Source of the DNA: a virus
Length of the DNA: 64,000 bases
Reading direction: 5' to 3' (one strand)
Virus record (IMG/VR): IMGVR_UViG_3300031539_000002
The position numbers and the translations under genes were made by a program. Shown piece after piece: positions 9,226 through 16,029 of this stretch. The notes beneath the pieces are model-generated. The model saw only the letters and a program-made list of their open reading frames with translations, had not been told where the DNA came from and did no database searches. How positions within the stretch are numbered: the first letter of the stretch is position 1; each line of letters begins with the position of its first letter.

Positions 9226-10026
9226 CTAGGCGGCGAGGAAGTCCTTGGTCGTGGTGACCTTCATGCCCTTGGCGGTGAGTTCCTTGATGAAGTCCTCGCC
9301 GTACTGATCGAAGCCGGGGACGTTCCCGGTGGCGTCCTTGAGCAGGTAGATTTTCTGCACGTACTTCGGGTCCGAGAACTCGGCCGCGATGTCGCGCACG
9401 GTGTTGGCGAGGCAGTGGCTCAGGGCCTGCCCGGCCATGAGGATCACGTCGGCGTCCTCGAGGGTCTGGATGAAGCTCGTGTTGACCTGCGTGGAGGGGT
9501 CCTCGGGATCGGGCACCTCGGCCTTGACGCCGGAGAAGTGCTCGGTCCAGGGGTTGCTCCCCTTCGTGATGAAGTCGGCCTGTGCGAAGCGGTCCTCCCA
9601 GTCGTGGATGGCCGCCGACAGCTCGGGCACGACGTTGTGCCCTTCGTCACCGATCAGGCAGTGGTACGGCCAGATGACGTGCGGGTAGCGGCCGGCCTTC
9701 TCGAGCGTCTGCAAGTACTCGAGCGAACGCGAGAACATGCCGGGCTGAGCCGTGTTCCACTTGCCGTCCTTGAGGTCCTGCGCCGTGACGACCGAGAAAG
9801 GATCGGGGCTCTTGCCCGAGGAGTCCTTCCACCACATGGGATGGCTGATGTCGACCTTGCGGTGGGAGTCGAGGGTGACGTGGATGTCCGCGATCTTGTC
9901 CTTGAGCCGCGTGACCATGCCGGCGAGGCGCTTCATGTCCTCGTCTGCGCCGGGCACGAACAGGCTGCCGTTGGGGTTGCAGAAGTCGTTCTGCGGATCG
10001 ATAAACACTGCGTGAATTTTCTGCAT
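9226..10026 (-). CDS. pncA: Nicotinamidase (PncA / isochorismatase-like)
   Basis: Start re-called at ATG 10026; IDPQNDF, DSH, WPYHC, KG, GQALSHC catalytic Asp/Lys/Cys and metal ligands. Confidence 0.85.
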   Translation of the reverse strand: MQKIHAVFIDPQNDFCNPNGSLFVPGADEDMKRLAGMVTRLKDKIADIHVTLDSHRKVDISHPMWWKDSSGKSPDPFSVVTAQDLKDGKWNTAQPGMFSRSLEYLQTLEKAGRYPHVIWPYHCLIGDEGHNVVPELSAAIHDWEDRFAQADFITKGSNPWTEHFSGVKAEVPDPEDPSTQVNTSFIQTLEDADVILMAGQALSHCLANTVRDIAAEFSDPKYVQKIYLLKDATGNVPGFDQYGEDFIKELTAKGMKVTTTKDFLAA

Positions 10027-10046
10027 CTGTCTGTTCTCCTTCCGGC

Positions 10047-11066
10047 TCAGAGTGCCGGCAACTCGTTGGTGATGATGCCGGCGTCGAGAAGCTCTTGACG
10101 GCTCCCGAGTGACGGACAGTTGGGGTTCATTTTGTGACGAGTGATGCGCTCCCACTTGCGCGCGGAATCCAGGTGCTCGACCGTGACACCGAACTTCTCA
10201 AAGAGTTCAACGAGGCGCAGGTTCATGTTCCCGAGGAAGAGGGGGCCGAAGAGCCAGTCCCCGATCGTGGGGTAGTCACCGATGATGACGTGGGTGGCGA
10301 CCGGCTCATCGAGAAGCCGGCTCATGCGCTCGATGGTCCCGACGCGCATGTACTCGCCCGTCTCCGGGTTCACCCGGCTGTAAGTCCATGGCACCCCCGA
10401 ACTCTTGAGCAACTCAGATTCGTCGTTGTGCTCTTCACCGACGCCCCACAGGTCGGGGGTGGGAAGCGCGGTGATGATCTCCGTGGGGACCTTGAGTGCG
10501 ACTGCGAGCTGGTAGACCTCGCCCTTGCTGAGCATGGCCAGAGGGTTCGTGTCGACCTCGCCGTCACCGCCCTTCTGGTAGAAGCGGAGCCACCGGTCTT
10601 CGCACTCGTTACCGGTGCCGTGACGGATGCCGCCACCGCTCATGCGGTTCACGTAGCGGCCGACAGGGGCGCGGAGGGTCGAGCGGAGAGAGCCGTCCAC
10701 GGAGGCGTCACCCTCCATGAACTTCACGATCTTGTCGGTGTCGAAACCGGCTGCTCCGAACGCGCGCATGGCCTCGAGACCGATGGCCTCAAAAATGTCC
10801 CCGAGTTCCAGTTCAAGGAGCTTGACGCCGGCCGCTTTTGCGACGAGACGCGCTCGGTCGCGGGACTCGGTGGAGGAGTTGATGCCTTGGTACGCCGCGG
10901 TCACATTGTCGGGACCGAGGGCCTTGACCAGGAGCATGAGCATGACGGCCGAGTCGATGCCACCAGACACGTCCAGTTCGGCGCGAGCTATTCCCGCGTC
11001 CGAGTGGTACTTGCGGATGGTCTCGACTCGGTTGGTGATCAGGGCGTCTGTGTTGAGTACGGGCAT
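10047..11066 (-). CDS. nadE: NH3-dependent NAD+ synthetase
   Basis: SGGIDS PP-loop, GTGNECED, FYQKGGDG, KGEVY, PTPDLW; no glutaminase domain. Confidence 0.9.
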   Translation of the reverse strand: MPVLNTDALITNRVETIRKYHSDAGIARAELDVSGGIDSAVMLMLLVKALGPDNVTAAYQGINSSTESRDRARLVAKAAGVKLLELELGDIFEAIGLEAMRAFGAAGFDTDKIVKFMEGDASVDGSLRSTLRAPVGRYVNRMSGGGIRHGTGNECEDRWLRFYQKGGDGEVDTNPLAMLSKGEVYQLAVALKVPTEIITALPTPDLWGVGEEHNDESELLKSSGVPWTYSRVNPETGEYMRVGTIERMSRLLDEPVATHVIIGDYPTIGDWLFGPLFLGNMNLRLVELFEKFGVTVEHLDSARKWERITRHKMNPNCPSLGSRQELLDAGIITNELPAL

Positions 11067-11078
11067 CTTCGTGTCTCT

Positions 11079-12512
11079 CTAGCGGTTGAAGGTGGTCACG
11101 AGACGCTGAGTCTCAGGCGAAAGGGTGTAGGGTTGCTCCCCTTCGCATCGGACGTTGCAGATGCGAAGCTGTTGAAGAGCCTCAGGATTCCCGCTGAGGA
11201 CAACGTGGTTCTCAGCAACTCGCTCGCCGTCTTGGGCGATGACTGAAAGAGGGCCCTCGCCACGAAGGCGTCGCCAGATGACGGGACGGCCCGGAATGCT
11301 GACCTTGCCGAGCCCGGCTTCATTGCCGAACTTCATGCGAGGCTCACTGCTCGTTTCGGTCAGTTTGTAGACAGCGCTGACACGGTCACGGGTGAGGGGG
11401 TTGGTCCAGTGGGCACTCACCCACAGGCCGCCCGCACCGTAGACCTGCTTCTCGGGGGCAAGCCCGGTGTGGTTGCGCAGGTTCTCGAACTTGGCGATGG
11501 TGTCGTAATCAAGCCCGTCTTCGATGATGTGGGTGGGCTCCAATCCCTGACGCTTGAACTCGCCGTGCGCGTAGATGTACTGCCCGAACTTGTCACCGCT
11601 GTCGTAGCGAATCGAACAAGGGTGGGAGCGTTCTTTCATCACTTTGATGGCGGCCGGGATGCCGCTCGTGATGGTGTCGAAGGTGTCAAGCAAGTAGGAG
11701 GGCGCCCCAACTCGCATGTCCCTCATCGCTCGGTAGGCATCGAGATCGTTGCCCCATCGTTGGATGTGCTCGTGGCCCATGGTGCCCACGGGTTTCATGT
11801 CCAACTGTTGCGCGAGGGAGACGTTGCTCGTGGCCATGATGCCAAGTTCGCGGAGCGCCTGGAGCACGAGAGCGTGCTGCCCCTCGCAGGTGGCGGCTCG
11901 CATCCCGACTTCAAAGAGCCGAGAAGGGTCCTTCACCACGTCCAAGATCTGCTTGGCCTGTGCGGTCACACTGTCGGAGTAGCGACGGTCCGCGACCACG
12001 ATGCGGTCGTAGAGAACATTCTCCTCATTGGGGCACACCGCCTTGATGACGCGCAACATGATGTCGCGCTGCTCATTGCAGGTGGCGAGCAGCATCTCGT
12101 CAGGGATGTTGGTGCCGTGCTTTTTGAGTTCGGTGGCGAACTGGATCGGGAAGAACAACCGGAGAGCCAGAGGCTCAAGCCACGACACGAGAAAACTCGG
12201 ACCCGTGATGGTGACGATGGGCTCACGTTGGTAGACCCAAGTGCCGGCAGGGGCCGCCTTGATCTTCACCGGACGACCGAGAGAAGATTTCATGGCATCG
12301 TTTAGTCCGTAGCCATGTTTCGCTGCGAAGCTCTCGTCTGGAACATGAATGTCCGCATCGGGGAGCGTGCACATGAGCAGCTCCTCAAGATCAAACGGGA
12401 TGTACTGCCAGCCTCCCTTCCGAAACGAGAGGTAGAATGTTTCACGGCGCAAGGGGAAGCCCGCCTGCGCCATGCTGAACTTGTATCCGTCGGTGGTGAG
12501 TTTGTTTGGCAT
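11079..12512 (-). CDS. pncB: Nicotinate phosphoribosyltransferase
   Basis: TDGYKFSM, EVGMR, TSNV, GTMGHE (phospho-His position), LLDT, RYDSGD, VYKL. Confidence 0.85.
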   Translation of the reverse strand: MPNKLTTDGYKFSMAQAGFPLRRETFYLSFRKGGWQYIPFDLEELLMCTLPDADIHVPDESFAAKHGYGLNDAMKSSLGRPVKIKAAPAGTWVYQREPIVTITGPSFLVSWLEPLALRLFFPIQFATELKKHGTNIPDEMLLATCNEQRDIMLRVIKAVCPNEENVLYDRIVVADRRYSDSVTAQAKQILDVVKDPSRLFEVGMRAATCEGQHALVLQALRELGIMATSNVSLAQQLDMKPVGTMGHEHIQRWGNDLDAYRAMRDMRVGAPSYLLDTFDTITSGIPAAIKVMKERSHPCSIRYDSGDKFGQYIYAHGEFKRQGLEPTHIIEDGLDYDTIAKFENLRNHTGLAPEKQVYGAGGLWVSAHWTNPLTRDRVSAVYKLTETSSEPRMKFGNEAGLGKVSIPGRPVIWRRLRGEGPLSVIAQDGERVAENHVVLSGNPEALQQLRICNVRCEGEQPYTLSPETQRLVTTFNR

Positions 12513-12534
12513 GGGTCGTCCCGAGTTCTCAGTA

Positions 12535-12569
12535 GTTATACCCTTATTTAGGGTAGTCCTTACCTAAAT
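12535..12569 (-). promoter_or_regulatory. Promoter of the NAD operon with a candidate NrtR operator
   Basis: TATAAC -10 on the minus strand (12540-12535); inverted repeat ATTTAGG(12546-52)…CCTAAAT(12563-69) enclosing GT-N7-AC; AT-rich island in a GC-rich genome. Confidence 0.65.
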
Positions 12570-12872
12570 CAAGGTGCCCATGGCGTGATTTTAGTCACAG
12601 ACTCCACCAGAACGGCTCTGGGAGTCGGTGGCAGCGGTTATACGGCGCAATTCTCCGTCACCGCGCCTGAGGCCACAGGGCGCCTCACAGGCTCGTTCGT
12701 GAGACGCCCCGTTGATCCCTCAGGTCAGGCGGTGCCGCCGTCTCGAGGCTTGAGACCGTGCTTGCGGAGCACGATAACGGCCTGGTGACGCGCAGAGACG
12801 TGGGGCGCCTCTGTGGTCCAGGCCGTTACGTCGAGCAGGTCTCGTAACGCGAGGAGGGCCTGCTTGAGGTCG

Positions 12873-13139
12873 TCAGAAGAATTTGATGGGGGTGATGTAG
12901 GAAGCGTTGAATTCGTCATTTGGGTCGTCGGCCTTCACGGCCTCGGACTTCTTCTCTCGTGCTTCCATCGCCTCTCCAAATTTCTGACGATCTTCGTCGT
13001 CAGGCTCCCCGAGCTTCTCAGCGAGTAGCGTTTCGATGAAGCCAGACACGCTGCCGTCCTCACCGACGTGCTTCTTGAGGCGTTGGTAGGTGAGACCTTT
13101 GACGCTCACACTGCGTCGGGTCTGTCGCGCTCTTGCCAT
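12873..13139 (-). CDS. Small ribbon-helix-helix-like DNA-binding protein
   Basis: RRSVSVKGLTYQRLKKH…SVSGFIETLL strand-helix-helix pattern. Confidence 0.6.
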   Translation of the reverse strand: MARARQTRRSVSVKGLTYQRLKKHVGEDGSVSGFIETLLAEKLGEPDDEDRQKFGEAMEAREKKSEAVKADDPNDEFNASYITPIKFF

Positions 13140-13676
13140 CTATTCGTCTTTCCTTTTGGGCAACTCATGCCGTTTGAAGCTCACTCGCGGAGTAGGTTCC
13201 ACCCGTGCGACTGAGTTGTGAAGAATCTGCTTGTGCAGAGGGTTTTGGAGCGCGGTGACGCGGTCCTCGAACTCCTTGCGTGGTTTTACCGTCGTGACCT
13301 CCTCGAAGAACAGCCCGAAGTCCGAGCCGAGCACCTTCTTGAGGTCGTCGATGTTGGTCCCCTTCGGAACGCGCAGGGATGCCTCAGGGATGGTGACCGT
13401 TGCCTCACCGAGGTCGTCCCCATCCAGCTTCGTGTTCCCGGCTTGACCCTTGAGCTCAGCTACCGCTTCGACGCGCACGTCGGATTTGATCCGGTCGAGC
13501 ACGTCTTTCACAGCGTCTCCGAGCTGCCAGAGCACGCTGCCGATTTCGACTTTGCGCTCAAGGGTGGATTCGTCGAGTGACTTCTTGATCGTTTCGAGCC
13601 CATCGAGAAGGGCCCCGTGGGCTACACGGGTGTCGAACGACTGAGTCTTGTCGCTTTGCTTTTTTGCTTTGGACAT
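13140..13676 (-). CDS. Hypothetical protein
   Basis: Long ORF; ATG 13676 has a GGAG 9 nt upstream. Confidence 0.7.
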   Translation of the reverse strand: MSKAKKQSDKTQSFDTRVAHGALLDGLETIKKSLDESTLERKVEIGSVLWQLGDAVKDVLDRIKSDVRVEAVAELKGQAGNTKLDGDDLGEATVTIPEASLRVPKGTNIDDLKKVLGSDFGLFFEEVTTVKPRKEFEDRVTALQNPLHKQILHNSVARVEPTPRVSFKRHELPKRKDE

Positions 13677-13696
13677 TGACTTCATCTCCGTCTTAG

Positions 13697-14569
13697 TTAG
13701 ACCCCATCTGGGGCGTTGATGCACTCTGGGTGAAAGATGCCCTCACCCTCTACCCAAAAGCAAGAAGCGCCTTCGGGAATCTTTTCGTTGCACTGCGCGC
13801 AAACCGACTCTTGTTGAGCGAACGCGTCAGACACAATTTGTTCAGGAAGAGGGTTGAACTTGCCCTTCTTCCCGAACTTCGCAGAGGTATTGTCGGTGCC
13901 CTCCATCGAACCCATCAGTTCGTCGATGGAGGCGTCTTGCTGGTCCTTCTTCTTGGCCTTGGTTTTCGCCGCCTCCCTCGCGACCATTTCGTCGCGCTCG
14001 AGTTCCGAAGCGATTTCAGCTTTGCGGACGGAGATGGCAACGAGGCAGTCCTCAGCAAGGAGGCATCCTTTGCACACGTCGCTGCGAACGGAGTGTGCTC
14101 CGAAGCAGGCAGTCTGCTCAACAGCGAGCCCACGAATGTACGGGTCGTCGCTGTAGGGGTGTTCGTTTCCAGGGTCGGAAAGGTGTACCACGTTGTCGTC
14201 CGCATCCTCTTCGGCCGCTTGTGCTTTGACGGCTGCAAGGGCGGCGGCCGTCGGTGCTTCGGGTGTGTGGTCTGGCTTGAGCTGCTCGACCCCCTCCTGG
14301 GTCAGGGCCCAGTGCCCGCGCGAAGCATATTCCCCGAGCCCGTTGTCACGCATCTGACGGAACGCGAGTCCGATTTGTCGATACACCCACGGGGTCTTTT
14401 TCCCTTCGGCGGTTCCGAAGTTGGAGACCTGGAGGCCCATGCGGGCGCACACGAACTCGAAGGTGTCCTCCATGGGGATGGCCACACCGGGGGTGCGTTG
14501 GGACAGGTCCCCCAGAACCTGCATCAAGTGCGGAACAAAATCCTTGGGGGTCATTTTGCGAGCGTTCAT
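13697..14569 (-). CDS. Mrr-N-like winged-helix protein with two Cys/His zinc motifs
   Basis: LMQVLGDL…YRQIGLA…RGHWALTQEG; CKGC…C and CAQC…HPEC. Confidence 0.65.
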   Translation of the reverse strand: MNARKMTPKDFVPHLMQVLGDLSQRTPGVAIPMEDTFEFVCARMGLQVSNFGTAEGKKTPWVYRQIGLAFRQMRDNGLGEYASRGHWALTQEGVEQLKPDHTPEAPTAAALAAVKAQAAEEDADDNVVHLSDPGNEHPYSDDPYIRGLAVEQTACFGAHSVRSDVCKGCLLAEDCLVAISVRKAEIASELERDEMVAREAAKTKAKKKDQQDASIDELMGSMEGTDNTSAKFGKKGKFNPLPEQIVSDAFAQQESVCAQCNEKIPEGASCFWVEGEGIFHPECINAPDGV

Positions 14570-14608
14570 ACGTGGTGTTTCCCGTGGGCTGCGTCGTGCG
14601 AGTGAGCC

Positions 14609-15847
14609 TCAGGTGATCTTCAAGGGTTCCTTCTGAACACCCGTGGTCTTGCCGCGGGGAAGCGCACCGCCCTTGATGTAAGGGTCCACAAGACTTTCCG
14701 CGAGTGCCTTGTTTTCCGCATCCGCGAGACCGTCGGAGTAGGACTGGAACGCAAGACTCAAGATGTTGCGAGGAAGTGCCCCCGCCTCGAACCTATCGTG
14801 GAACGCGATGATGTCTTCGCAGTCTCCGATCCAGCCGCACAGGTCTCGATGCGAAAACTCTCCGTAGAGATCTTCATCCTCGACCGCGCTCCGTAAAGCG
14901 GAGGTTGCGTTTCCGATCTTGTCGAGAACATGACCGTACCGTTCCGCGAACAGGGGGAACTTGGCTCGGATCACGGGCTCTTCATCACGCCAGTCGATCA
15001 GGTGGAACCGAAGTTTCCGTTCGATGCGGTTGAGGATGGAGGTGTCGAGCACGTTGGCGCTCACAGATTTCCCCGAAGCATCGCCGCCTCCCATCGTATT
15101 GGCGGTGATGATGAGACGCGTGCCAGGGAGCACAGGGTACGTCTCTCCTCGAGGCCCTTTCACTCGACCTTGGATGGTGTCCCCCACGAGACGAAGTGCT
15201 TCTGCCTGTGCTCGTCCTGCACGGTCGAAGTCCGAAAGCACAACGGCCATCGGAACCTGCCTTCCACTGATGGGGCTCGTGTACCCGTTGACGAGCGCGT
15301 TGAACAGTTCTCCGTAGACGTAGAAGGTGCCGTCCTTGTTGATACCGCGGTCGTAGAACCACGCCATGATGTCGACATCGGGATTGATGGGGAACAGCGC
15401 GGATGGGGTGCGCGTCCAGGCACACAAAGCCGAGGGCAACGCATCTTTGCCACATCCGGTGGGTCCCCAAATCCAGTGGCTCCGTCGAGCCAGGAAATAG
15501 CGGAGAGCTCGCTTTGCATCTTCGGCAAGAGGCCCGTGTGTTGGGAACCGGTAGTGCGCCGGCAACGGCAGACAAGCCTCAGCGGGGACATCGGGATTAA
15601 CAGGAAACTTGAGGCCGCCGATTTCGAGGGTGAGCTGCTCTGGGGGCGGGGGCGCGACACGTCGGATGTTTTTGATCGAGGCTTCGTACCGATCGTTCAC
15701 TTCTGTCGATTCGATCGATGCGTTGGGGAACTTCTTGAGGTACTCCTCAACCGTCATCCCGTGCTTCTCTGCGAGGTAAGTCGAGAGGTAGTGGACCTCA
15801 ACCCCGTCGAGTTCGCATTTCACCTTGGCTGTAGCTGTCTTGGTCAT
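14609..15847 (-). CDS. CobS/MoxR-like AAA+ ATPase with N-terminal Ros/MucR-like finger
   Basis: Start re-called at ATG 15847; GPTGCGKD Walker A, TANTMGGGD, ILNRI, FSHR; degenerate Walker B (VLSDFDR); KHGMTVEEYLKKFP. Confidence 0.8.
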   Translation of the reverse strand: MTKTATAKVKCELDGVEVHYLSTYLAEKHGMTVEEYLKKFPNASIESTEVNDRYEASIKNIRRVAPPPPEQLTLEIGGLKFPVNPDVPAEACLPLPAHYRFPTHGPLAEDAKRALRYFLARRSHWIWGPTGCGKDALPSALCAWTRTPSALFPINPDVDIMAWFYDRGINKDGTFYVYGELFNALVNGYTSPISGRQVPMAVVLSDFDRAGRAQAEALRLVGDTIQGRVKGPRGETYPVLPGTRLIITANTMGGGDASGKSVSANVLDTSILNRIERKLRFHLIDWRDEEPVIRAKFPLFAERYGHVLDKIGNATSALRSAVEDEDLYGEFSHRDLCGWIGDCEDIIAFHDRFEAGALPRNILSLAFQSYSDGLADAENKALAESLVDPYIKGGALPRGKTTGVQKEPLKIT

Positions 15848-16029
15848 CGGGTCCTGCCTCTGGCTTCTACCCCTTTGGGGTTTTTGCCGTGGGTCTGTCG
15901 GTGATGGGCCGAAGCGCGGCAAGCGCCCAACTCGGCTCACTTGTTGTACTCCATTTTGGAAAACGTGCCCGAATCGTCCTCTCGCTTCCCGTTGTGCGTA
16001 AAAGGAATGGAGGCGTAGCCCCCACCGCG

